The notes under the pieces: generated by a model | What the model was told of the DNA's origin: nothing | Databases searched by the model: none | The model's input: the letters and a program-made list of their open reading frames with translations, nothing else | Assembly (NCBI GenBank): GCA_035221665.1 | Contig: CM069157.1 | Location: forward strand, 29,264,001-29,328,000 | Source of the DNA: Okamejei kenojei | Lineage: Eukaryota | Length of the DNA stretch: 64,000 nt | Direction: 5' to 3' | Part shown: one piece after another, positions 13,935 through 24,999 of the stretch | Position numbering within the stretch: position 1 is the first letter of the stretch | How the letters are laid out: each line of letters begins with the position of its first letter | Translations under genes and position numbers: made by a program

Positions 13935-15228
13935 CCAGTGATGGAAATGGGGGGGTACGCAGAGGGACGACGTTCTCCTACGTTCCAGTTTCCAGTTTCC
14001 ATCCTGTGTATGAATACCCAGCTTCATCCTGCGCTACTTAATCCAAGGACGAGCGAACAATCGGACAGACGGGCGAAAGGAACGATCATAGATGACATTT
14101 CGGATTGAGACCCTTCTTCAGACCGTCAGGGGAAAGAGGAACAATAGATATAGATGGCACTAAGGACAAACGAATGGAAGATATGCCTCCCGTTTCCCTT
14201 TCCCTTGATTGTCAGTCTGAAGAAGGGTCTCTGCCCAAAATGTCACCTATTGCGCTCTACGATGGTTGCTTTCGTCCGTCTGTCCATGCATTCACTCACT
14301 CTTGGTGCCGGCGCTTCTCCGCTCAGACTCCGACACACACACACACGCAGATCGGCGCGGGCCGGGACCAGGAGCAGGGTGCAGGATGACATCAAATGGG
14401 TGGCAGCTATAGAAAAAGTACGGAAATTATAGGGGGGGGGGGGGGGGCTGGGGTGGCTCAGTGGGACGGGCGCCGGCTCTGGGGAGTGGATGACTTTTCT
14501 GGTCGAGATCCTTCTGCAGATAATCACAAGTACTCTCACCGACGAGAGTTCAGTACCGTCTGAAAAAGAGTCTTCTCTCCAGTCGCTGCCTGTCCCGTTG
14601 AGTTACTCCAGCTGTATGTCTAACTTAAATTTCAAGAGTTAAATAAAAAAACAGAGTGCTGGAGGAACTCAGCGGGCTTCGCGGCATCTGTGGAGGGAAT
14701 GGATTACGAGTTGTTTCGGGCCAGGGTTCTTGTTCAATGGGAAGGAACTGCAGATCAAAGATACTAGAGCGGATACTAGTATCTTTGCTGCAGATCAGGC
14801 ATGATATTCTTCCGATTTAAATCGTAATTTCGATTTTATTGTTTTCCTATTTTTATTTTTTCGCGCCCGATTATTTGGTGGCCAATCAACGACTGTCTCT
14901 AAGGGGGTTGCGTCCAATCAACCGACCAGCTACCCTTAAAATTCCCGTCCAATCAATAAATCGGTCTCCTCCCGCCCAATCAGCCGCCGTCTCCAAGGGC
15001 ATTGTGTCCAATCACATAATGCGCTGGTCACTTGGCAGCCAATCAGACAGTCTCCTAGGGGCCTTTTGATCAATCACCGACCTGCTTCCCTCACTAAAGC
15101 AGACGATGGCTGCAGCCAACACACACACACAGACAGAGACAGAGTCGTCCCCCCCCCCCCCCCCCTTCCCAACCTCAGCTTCACGGACCCAGAGTACCCT
15201 TAGTTCCTAAACCCATTTCCATCACTGG
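13935..15228. mobile_element. Nested non-autonomous TIR element inside a (GAGTGT)n microsatellite
   Basis: Perfect 17-bp TIRs ccagtgatggaaatggg / cccatttccatcactgg; the GT-rich microsatellite continues on both sides. Confidence 0.75.
14756..14787. mobile_element. 32-bp TIR-only insert with an 8-bp TSD (transposon footprint or mini-element)
   Basis: ctgcagat|caaagatactag-agcggata-ctagtatctttg|ctgcagat. Confidence 0.75.
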
Positions 15229-16728
15229 AGTGTGTGTGTGAGTGTGTCTGTGTGTGTGAGTGTGTCTGTGTGTGTGAGTGTGCGCGTATATATGTGTGAG
15301 TGTGTGTGTATAAACATATCAAGACATATTGATAATGAACTCGTTCATCCAGTCTTTCAATAGAGCATTTTCAATGGTGAGTTAATACATGTTTATGTAA
15401 TACCAACTAATGAACATACAGGTATGTTAATGTTAACATTATGCGCTATCGCTTGCCTGTGGGAGCCGCGCTTGCCATCATGCAGAAAAAAAATTGCTTT
15501 GCGCAAAAAATTACTGTCTCAAATTACTGATTTTTAGCCTTATGATTACTGATTTGTGCTCTGGAAGGTTGGTATCTCTGCATAGTAGATTTTTCTCGCC
15601 CCAGGACCTCCATTACTATATCACATGTTTTTTTTACAGCAATATGAAAGCTTTGAGTTACTTTTACTGACTAGATTAGATTGGAATTTATTTTCTTTTT
15701 TTTAACTTTCTTTTTTTTAACTTGTTCTGAAAAAGACAATAGTAGTTTTAAGGTTATGTACAATTCTGTGGCCTGCTATTTTAGGAGGTGACAATATTTA
15801 TTTTAAATAAGTCTATGCCCCCATAACCATGGCATCCTCACTCTTAAGAGGCATTTCAGCCATCGTATCCGGTTCTGTTTCACTTTTTTAAAAGACTGCC
15901 TTCAACCAGCTCTAGATCCTCTTGAGTGCGATTTAATTATTCCCACAATTAAACAGCCCACTAGCCATGCTCCCATCCTCTTCTGTAGATGCAATGACTT
16001 TACCAGGCTGTCCATTCTCACCATTCTGTGATGTGCAGCCTTTGAAATGGAAAATACATTTCACGTGATGCCTTTCAAACCAATAGAGACATCCTTTCAA
16101 TCTGACTTGTCTCTGAACACCAATGTTGAAGATGACAGAATAAAGATTAGTGCCTGACCACCTTTCATTTATTAATCTTCTCTGATGTCCTGCCTGATGT
16201 TTGGCAGGACAATTCCACAATATCTTGACCTACACACTGTTAGCCGACATGGATGTAAGCACCAACTATAAACCTAGATGGTGAGCATTGGCAAAGTCTT
16301 TATCAATGAGATATTACATCAAATCCAAATCTTTAATTCTGTGACACTCGCTCGTATCGTTTTAAGGAGGCCTGTTGGATGGTGATTATGTGAGCCTATG
16401 GAAAGGTCAGAAAAATCACTAAATGCAGTAGCTACACACCATAATTTCCCAAATGGTGCCTTTGCCGGTCACATTTTTGTGGGTGAAACCAGCCAATTCA
16501 GCACAAACTTGAAGTTAGCACTGGGACCTGGTTGGTTTGTGTTGGACAGTGTCATAATGGTTAATGTTTCAGGTCGTTAATCTGAAACATTAGTCCTGTT
16601 GTTTCTCACCTGCTGCCGTCACCTAAGCATTTCCAGCAATTCCTGTCTTATGTGTGAGATTTCCGGAATCTATAGGTTTATAGAGTAGCGTAATGGGAGT
16701 GGATTTACTGACTGAGCTGCCAGATAAT

Positions 16729-17900
16729 GTGCCCTCCATAATGTTTGGGACAAAGAAAAAAAAATTTATTTATTTTCCGCTGTATTCCACAATTTGAGAT
16801 TTGTAATTAAATTTGTGGTTAAAGTGCACATTGTCAGATTTTAATAAAGGCCATTTTTATACATTTTGGTTTCACCATGTAGAGATTACAGCTGTGATTA
16901 TACACAGTCCCTCCCCCCCCCCCCCCCCCCCCCCCCAATTTCAGGGCACAATAATGTTTGGGATACTGCAATGTCATGTGAATGAAAGTAGTCATGTTTA
17001 GTATTTTGTTGCATATCCTTTGCATGCAATGACTGCTTGAAGTCTGTGATTCATGGACGTCATCAGTTGCTGAGTGTTTTCTCTGGTAATGCTCTGCCAG
17101 GCCTGTATTGTAGCCATCTTTGGTTTATGCTTGTTTTGGGGGCCTTCAGTTTTCTCTTCAGCATATGAAAGGCATGCTCAATTGGGTTCAGATCGGGTGA
17201 TTCTTGGCCACTCAAGAATTGACCATTTTTTAGCTTTGAAAAACTCCTTTGTTGCCTTAGCAGTATGTTTGGGATCATTGTCTTGCTGTAGAATGAACTG
17301 CCGGCCAATGAGTTTCGAGACATTTATTTGAACTTGAGCAGATAGGATGTGTCTATAAACTTCAGAATTCATTATGCTACTACCATCAACAGTTGTATCA
17401 TCAATGAAGATAAGTGAGCCAGTACCTTCAGCAGCCATACATGCCCAGGCCATAACACCCCCACCACCGTGTTTCACCACGTCCCATCTGTCCACAAGAT
17501 CTTTTTCCAGAACTCTTTTAAGTACTTCTTGGCAAACTGTAACCTGGCCAGCCTATGTTTGCGGCTAACCAGTGGTTTTCATCTTGCAGTATAACCTCTG
17601 TCCTTCTGTTCATGAAGTCTTCTGCGGACAGCGGTCATTGACAAATCCACTCTTGAAGAATGTTTCTGATCTGTCGGACAGGTGTTTGGAGATTTTTCTT
17701 TATTATAGAGAGAATTCTTCTGTCATGAGCTGTGGAGGTCTTCCTTGGCCTGCCAGTCCCTTTGCGATTAGTAAGCTCACCAGTGCTCTCTTTCTTCTTA
17801 ATGATGTTCCAAACAGTTGGATTTTGGTAAGCCTAAGGTTTGGCTGATGTATCTAACAGTTTTATTCTTGTTTCTAAGTCTCATAATGGCTTATTTGATT
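16729..17900 (-). mobile_element. Second, truncated copy of the same Tc1 family
   Basis: One TIR (gtgccctccataatgtttgggacaaag); VKHGGGGVMAWACM...FILQQDNDPKHT and SPDLNPIEH in two frames. Confidence 0.92.
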
Positions 17901-20900
17901 GTCAATAGATCTGAGTTTATTGCACAAAAGTAATTTCCGTTGAGGTTTTGGGCCCAGGAAGATTTAGTGCAGTGTGATTTACAATTGTATTATGAGGCAC
18001 ATGAGCAGATTTCCACACAGCAAACAACTGTGTTTGGACGTGTAAGTTTGGTGCAGCTGGGTTAACCCTAGATGAACTGCAGACTTTGCTGTTAGCACAG
18101 TGTATTTCAGTGACAGCATCAGCAGTCGTCCAGTTGAAAACACACTCGCCTCTCAGACGATTGGTAATGTACTGCACTTTCTCTGGGTTGTAATCACTTG
18201 GCCTGAGCTTACTTGGGTTTTAGCCAATAGACATTCCTTACTCTGATTATTACCTTGCTATTAATTGAAATAGTGCAATGAGTGACTTGAGTGACCAGTT
18301 TAGAAAGGTAGCTTTTCAAACGGTGCAGCATTGTTGACTAGGTTATGCATTGTTGACTAGGTTATGTTGACTAGGGCAGAGAGAGCCAATTAGTGGGCCT
18401 GTAGGGAACTGACAGTGTGACCAGTAGGGTATTCCAAACTTCGGCATGTACCACAGGAGTTAGGAACTCACTGGTGGTTAGATATCCATGCATCATTCTG
18501 TTCTTGGACTTAATAGTGAGTCTTGGAGTGTTCTGTAAATTGCTGAGCAAATTGCTTATTGATATACTCATGTCTGACTCCTCGGCTTTACACTATCCAT
18601 AGGTGGCGGGTCAAACCTGGACACGTTATGTCCCAAAGATTGATGTGGCTAACATGTCTGGTGCTGTCTTGCAACAGTGCAATGTGGCTCATACGTTTTG
18701 TGCTCAAGTCAGTGGAGTGGAAATTGGTCTCACAATCTGACTCAAAATGTGTCTGTTGAGCCACGGTCTGTTGAGGCCTCAGGATCAGTGTTTTAATAAA
18801 CTGCAGCTCATCCTGACTCACTTAAACTGCTTCATGGCCATGCATTTGAGGCATGCGGATCCATGGGCAACCAACTGTGCAAAAGCAGAAAAGCACCAAT
18901 TTTACAAGCAGTTTGAATCGAACTCGGTCGCCAGCTCCTGGTTGCTGGGTGTACTGCCTGCAGCTTAAAGAAACTAAGTGGAACCAGCTTTTCCCTCAGT
19001 AAATGAAAACCCGAGGGAGCTGATCCACTGTAACTCTTGTTGGCAGCACTGCTGCCAGGAAAAAAAAACCCTTCAGTCCTTGACTGGCTTGTGTCCCGAA
19101 CAGCCGGCCTCTTCCTGTGAGAGTTAGAGTCGAGGTGAACTGTTCACTTGATACTGTTAAAATGGGTTTAGCAGGCAGGCTGTAGCAGTCATTCCTCGCA
19201 ATGTGTTTGCTCACCGGGGCACACATTCCTCTCAATGAAAAACTCTGCCCGGTAAGTGCCGCAAGTCTTTTAAGTTCTCAGTTTGTTTTATTGATTTAAA
19301 AAGTAATTTCTTTAGCTGAAGAGGGTTTTTCTTCTGTTACCTTGGAGGACAGGCTTGCAGAACGGTTAATCCAGCTGTTACCACAAATTCCGTGCAGTGT
19401 GAGTTGTGCTAGCTTTTGAAATGCATTTACTTTTGTTCTTGAGCCACTAGTGATTCTGCAGCAAGGCACTAGAAGAGTCTTTAGAAATAACAATCCGCGA
19501 CTTTCACTTATTTGAAAAAAAATTCTATTAAAACCAACAAAAAGTCACTGTTTTTTCGCGGATTTGTTGCTTTGAAAGGTCACTAACTTTTTTGAGCTTC
19601 AGAAGATTGGGAGCTTAACACACCTCTGGTGTTCTTTGACTCACTTCATGCCTAAGGGGCCACAGTGGGAGGGGTGGTGAAGTTAGTGGTGGAAGGAAAA
19701 TAAGATTTATGTTAACTGTTTGTGTTCATGCTATAAATTTGGTCGTGTTGTGCTCTCTCTCAATATGGTCGTGAGGCATTGTGTTGAGAGTTTAAAGATG
19801 TCTGTGGGGCTCCCGAACCGACCCTTGCAACCCTACCTAGACAGTAATTAAAGGTGCTGGCACAAATAGGAAGGGTGTTCCTCCCCTCAATTAAATTGAA
19901 GTTCCACTGTTACATGAAGGCCAATGGTTAATTCATTATCTCAGGATTATGTTAAATAGAGTTGGAATCCTCTGCTGTCCCTGAAGATTTAACATGTTGA
20001 CTGCTACTGTTGTAACTCTGAGCCAGTCTCCAAGTGCCCACTGAGAATGTGCAATGCAACACTCCACACCTTCTGTCCCCTCTGGGTCCGAAGTCGAGGC
20101 TCATTCGAACGTGTGGAATCAGCCTGATACTTGATGGACTTGTGGATGTGTTTGGCACAGTTTCAAAATTCAGCTGCTGTATAGTAAGAGGCTGATCACA
20201 CAAGTGTCTTTCTAAGCTGGTGAACTCTCAAGTCTCAGTTGTACATTCTATATTCTTCCCCTGGAGTTCCTCCCTATTATTTCCATTGTTTCCTAAGGGG
20301 ATTGATTGATGGAGTTGATTGAAAGATGCAATTTGGAAACAAGCCCTTTAGCCCACCGAGTCCACAGGCCTCTAAAGCTTTGCAGCATTATTCAGGGAGC
20401 TTTTCTCCTCTGACTTCTGGTTCTCTTTCTGTGTATAGCCGCATGTGATGATTGCATTTATTGCCTATACCTATGCACAAGGAGCACATAAATATTGGCA
20501 GTTAAATATTGGCAATATTAGTGAGGTCATCCATACAGCAGACTGGATAATAACAGCAGATTTACCCCTAGAGGCCATAAAGGCAGGTGCTTTTTTTTAA
20601 ATATACTAGTCCAATGCTTCAGTTGTTGCACATTTCTTTAATTTCTTAAATTTGGATTCATTAGCTGTCATTATGGAATGAGAGCTTGCCTCTGGAATCA
20701 TTTGTCCATGCCTCTGGAATGCAGACCCACCAACCAAACCATTTCATTACTCTACCCATTTGTAAGAGATTTTTGAATATTAAACTTGCAGTTCCTGGAA
20801 ATGATCTACAGTTGTTAACCGTGATTTTTTTTTTCCTCCCAAGTAGTCAAGCCGAGTAAAAAAATTAGTATGTATGTTAAAATTAGTTGTAGAAATGCAA

Positions 20901-21156
20901 AATCTACAATGAGGTAAGTTAGATGATCGGGTCTACACTCTAACTTTTGGAGTAGCATCAGTAGTCTAATAATAGGGGAAGATGCATCCTGAATCTGGTG
21001 GTCTGGTCTTTCAAGCTATTGTATCTTGCTGACAGAAGAGGGAATGATCAGAGTGAAAATGGTCCTTGATTATGTTGGCTGGTTTTCCCAAGGCAGTGCA
21101 ATGTGTAGATAGGGTCACTGGTGAGGAGACTGGTCTGTGTGATAAACTGAACTACA

Positions 21157-22205
21157 TCATAAGATCATGTGATAGGAGCAGAATTAGGCCATTCAGCCCA
21201 TCATCTACTCCGCCATTCAATGATGGCTGATCTATCTCTCCCTCCTAGCTCCATTCTCCTGCCTTCTCTCCATAACCTCTGACATCGGTACTAATCAAGA
21301 ATCTATCTATCTCTGCCTTAAATATATCTACTGACTTGGCCTCAACAGCTTTCTGTGGCAAATAGATCCATAGATTCACCACCCTCTGACTAAAGAAATT
21401 CCTCCTCATCTCCGTCCTAAAAGAACCTCCTAGACTCTCCCACTAATGGAAACATCCTCTCCACATCCACTATATCCAAGCCATTCACTTATATACGTTT
21501 CAATGAGGTCCTCCCTCATTCTTCCAAACTTCAGCAAGTACAGGCCCAGTGCAGTTAGAATGCTCATCATATATGTTAACCTACTAATTCCTGGAATCAT
21601 TCATGTAAAGTTCCTCTGGACCCACTACTCGAGCCAGCACATCCTTCCTCAGATATGGTGCCCAAAACTGCTCACAATATTCCAAATCCGACCTGACACG
21701 TGCCTTCTAGAGCCTCAGCATTACATCCCAGTTTTTGTGTATAAGCCCTCTCGAATTAAATGCTAGCATTGCGTTTGCTTTCTTTACTACCGATTCAACG
21801 TGCAGATTAACTTTTTGGGATCCCGCACCAGCAGTCCCAAGTCCCTTTGCACCTCCGATTTCTGGATTCTCTCCCCATTTAGAAAATAATCTACGCCTTT
21901 ATTCCTCCTACCAAAATGCATGACTCCACACTTTGCTACACTATATTCCATCTCCCACTTCTCTGCTCACTCCCCCAACCTATGCAAGTCCTCCTACAGA
22001 GTCCCTGCTTTCTCTGCACTACCAGGCCCTCCACCTATTTTTGTATCATCTGCAAACTTGGCCACAAAGCCTTCAATCCCCTCGTCCAAATCATGAATAT
22101 ACAGCAGCCGCCCGTGTGGCACCTTATCATAGGCTTTCTGAAAATCTAGGTAAACAACATCTCCTGGCTCTCTGTGTCTGTACATCCACAACTTTGCAAT
22201 TTCTT
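21157..22205 (-). mobile_element. CR1-type LINE 3' fragment
   Basis: DVVYLDFQKAYDKVPH...DLDEGIEGFVAKFADDTKIGG; typical 3' tail (gaatggcctaattctgctcctatcac). Confidence 0.9.
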
Positions 22206-22755
22206 GGGCAGAGCTGTTGACAATCAAACTAACTGATAAATTCCAGCGTCTGTGATAGGATGTTCAATAGTAAGATTAAACGAGAACTTACCAAGTTCGA
22301 AGGTTGATCTTTATTTTATGAGGAGTTGCGGTGAGGGATTTCATGCCCTCAGCTCCCACCCTCTATCATAAGATCAACTGGTATGTTCTTCGTTCTTAAT
22401 CTTACTATTTCCAGTCATGGCGCGTTCTGTGATTCCACACCGCTGCTTTGAAGAATGTCGCGCATGCGTGCTGGCGGGGTCTTCACGAAATCCCTCACCG
22501 CAACTCCTCATAAAATAAAGATCAACCTTCGAACTTGGTAAGTTCTCGTTTAATCTTACTATTTTATTTCGGAGTCACGTGAGTGACTTCGTGAAGATTT
22601 CAAAGCTCTGTGATTTCACGCCCTGGACATCGTCCATGCTATCACACTGCCACAATATTGATGGAGGAAGGCTGTTAATGCATTCCAGACTGAACAGGCT
22701 GAAAAATAATGCATATTTAGAACACAAATAATAACAAACAAAACCCCAAACTCGT

Positions 22756-23634
22756 TCACGGAGCGGCTCCCAGCACAGCTTCTGCGAACGTTGCGGGGGC
22801 GACCAGCGGTTTATTGTAGAACCACTGGAAGGTTGCTTCACTAGCCCTGCCCGCGGTGGCGAGGATGTGGTCCACAGGCACCTCAATGGCCCTCGCCGCT
22901 GATGTGGACGCAGCCCTGGTAGAGTGAGAATTAAAAATGTTAGTATCTACTCCTGCTGCACCCAACACCGCCCTGAGCCACCTTGCGATAGTCTGCACAG
23001 TGGGGTATGCCCAAAATTCCAACTGCAGCCCATGAGCCCCAGGTCTGTGCTGCTTCAGTAGGTCCTCTACAAAGAAAGTTACCTTAGCAGGGGGGAAGAC
23101 CATGCTATCCATCCGCAGCTTCTGTAAGGCCTGGACTCGTTGAGCTGTAGTCAGTGCCATCAGCATCACCACTTTGAGGGTGAGCTTATTGAGTGGTAAC
23201 TCTGTCATAGGGGACCAGCTCCTCAGTAGGGTCAGTACTATCCCTACGACCCAGGTGATGTTGTATCTGGGTCGTGGAGGGTTGGTGTTGAACACTCCCC
23301 TCATGAATTTGGGCACCAGGTGGTTTGAGCCTACACCTATGTCCAGGTATGAGGATAGTGCACTCCTGGCGCTGTTAATGCCACTGTAGCTGAGGCCCTC
23401 ATTATAATGAAGGCCCGCTAGGAATTCCAGGACATCAGAGATTGTGGCCGAGTTGTAGGTCGTGTTGGTACGTGAGCAGAATGCCTCCCACTTCCTGACC
23501 TGGGTGAGGTACTGCCTCCTGGTTGATGCTCGGCACAACGCTGAGATGAGGTCCATGGTTCTGGGTGATATGCCGGCCTTGACAAGCGGCGTCTTTAGGA
23601 CCTGCAAGCCAACAGGTGTAGGTGACAATGGCAC
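22756..23634 (-). pseudogene. DIRS tyrosine recombinase (phage integrase-like), apparently with an internal deletion
   Basis: SAM-like N-terminus (STRRQY...WEAFC...YSGINSARSALS), LTTAQRVQAL (catalytic R), HSTRAASTS (HxxR) and TFQWFYNKP (catalytic Y); the segment between FWAYP and TVQTIARWL looks too short. Confidence 0.88.
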
Positions 23635-23699
23635 GGGTGGCGTTCCCCCGTAATGGGGTTAGTAATCAATTTGGGGTTTTATCAATTTGGACCCACGGA

Positions 23700-24790
23700 C
23701 GTTTCAAGATTTGGAGGACCACCGGGTACCATGGCCGTGTAGGCCAGTCGGGTAGGATCAAGATGCCTGTAGCAGAATCCAGTTGAATTTTCTGAATACC
23801 CGACTGATGAGGCAGAATGGGGGAAATGCGTAGCTAAACCATTTCCCCCCAATGGAGAGATAAAGCATCCATAGCTACTGCCCCAGGGTCTGGTTCCCAA
23901 GACACATATGTTGGTATCTGATGGTTCAACCTGGACGCAAAGAGGTCTATATCCGGTGTACCAAAGTTAGCTATAATTTCAGCAAAAATTTGGGGGTTCA
24001 ACATCCACTCGATGTTATCATTGAACACTCGTGACCTGGTGTCTGCCACTGTATTGAGCTTCCCTGGTAAATAGGGCGCTGATCCAAATATTTCTCTCAA
24101 AGCACCAGTGCCAGATTGTGTTTGCCAATTCGTCACAAGATAATGACCTGATACCACCCATATGATTTATATAAGGCACCACCGTCGTGTTATCTATTTG
24201 TAGACGGACATGTAAATGCTGTGAGGTAGCGCAGTAAGCCCGCAGTCCATGGAAAGCCCCTAACATGTCCAGATAGTTTATCCCTTGGGTCTGGAGGAGG
24301 GTAGACTCGTGTGGGTCCCATCTGCCACCACAACGGATCATGAGGTTTGTGTCAATGGTGAAACCCAGGTAGTCCATAACTTGAGAGGGATTTAGTGTAG
24401 ATTTGTCTGGATGGGTCACAAACTCTAACGTCTCGAATAAAGATTTGGTCGCTGGAACTGTCAGCGTTGCCAATTGAAGGGTCTGTCCCACGATAAGGAT
24501 ATCGTCCAAATATGCCATGACGATATGCTGTTGTCGGAGGAGTGCCAAAATTGGTTTTACTAATTTGGTAAATAGTCTGGGCTGTGGTTAATCCAGTGGT
24601 TAAGGCATTGTATTGCCATAACTGTCCCTTCCAGACAAATTTTAGGAACTTCCTGTGAGATTCTAGGATGGGAACTGCATAGTACGCATCTTTTAAATCG
24701 ATGCAAGCCATAAAGTACCCCGGGTAAAGCAGCTGCTTAGCAGTTTCAAAGGTTTCCATTTTGAAATGGGTATATTGTACAAAAGTAGAA
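23700..24790 (-). pseudogene. DIRS pol: reverse transcriptase, RNase H and methyltransferase-like domain, frameshifted
   Basis: HFKMET...FMACIDLKDAYYAVPI, YLDDILI (RT); LQIDNTTVVPYINHMGG and YLPGKLNTVAD (RNase H); TPDIDLFASRLN and YAFPPF (MT), spread over several frames. Confidence 0.9.
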
Positions 24791-24999
24791 TAAATGTGTC
24801 TGTGGTTATTGCATCCCAAGCACCACGAAATGCCCGCAGCCGTCCTCCTACTTGTGAGGTTACTATTGCTACGCCCTGAGATGAACCAGACCCCCTTACC
24901 TCCATGGTCAACGGCGGTTCTTGGTGTATGGCGTTGTGGGGGGACGTGGTGTAGCTGTGGCCACATCTTCCATGCGGGCCTCTGCAGGCCTTGTCCTAA

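Larger units (their letters stand above)
13762..15580. mobile_element. Non-autonomous TIR DNA transposon (hAT-like), host of nested insertions
   Basis: Ends tagagatgccaac / gttggtatctctg; catagtag on both sides (13757-13764 and 15581-15588, overlapping the left TIR); subterminal tacgg/ttactg repeats. Confidence 0.7.

Noticed and set aside
17951-18189. Long-range hairpin (agtgcagt/actgcact, cccag/ctggg)
   Set aside because: Matches are short and could be chance; cannot be folded by hand reliably
18328-18375. 19-bp tandem duplication (similar ~30-bp one at 34154-34215)
   Set aside because: Ordinary slippage duplication; not CRISPR-like and no spacers
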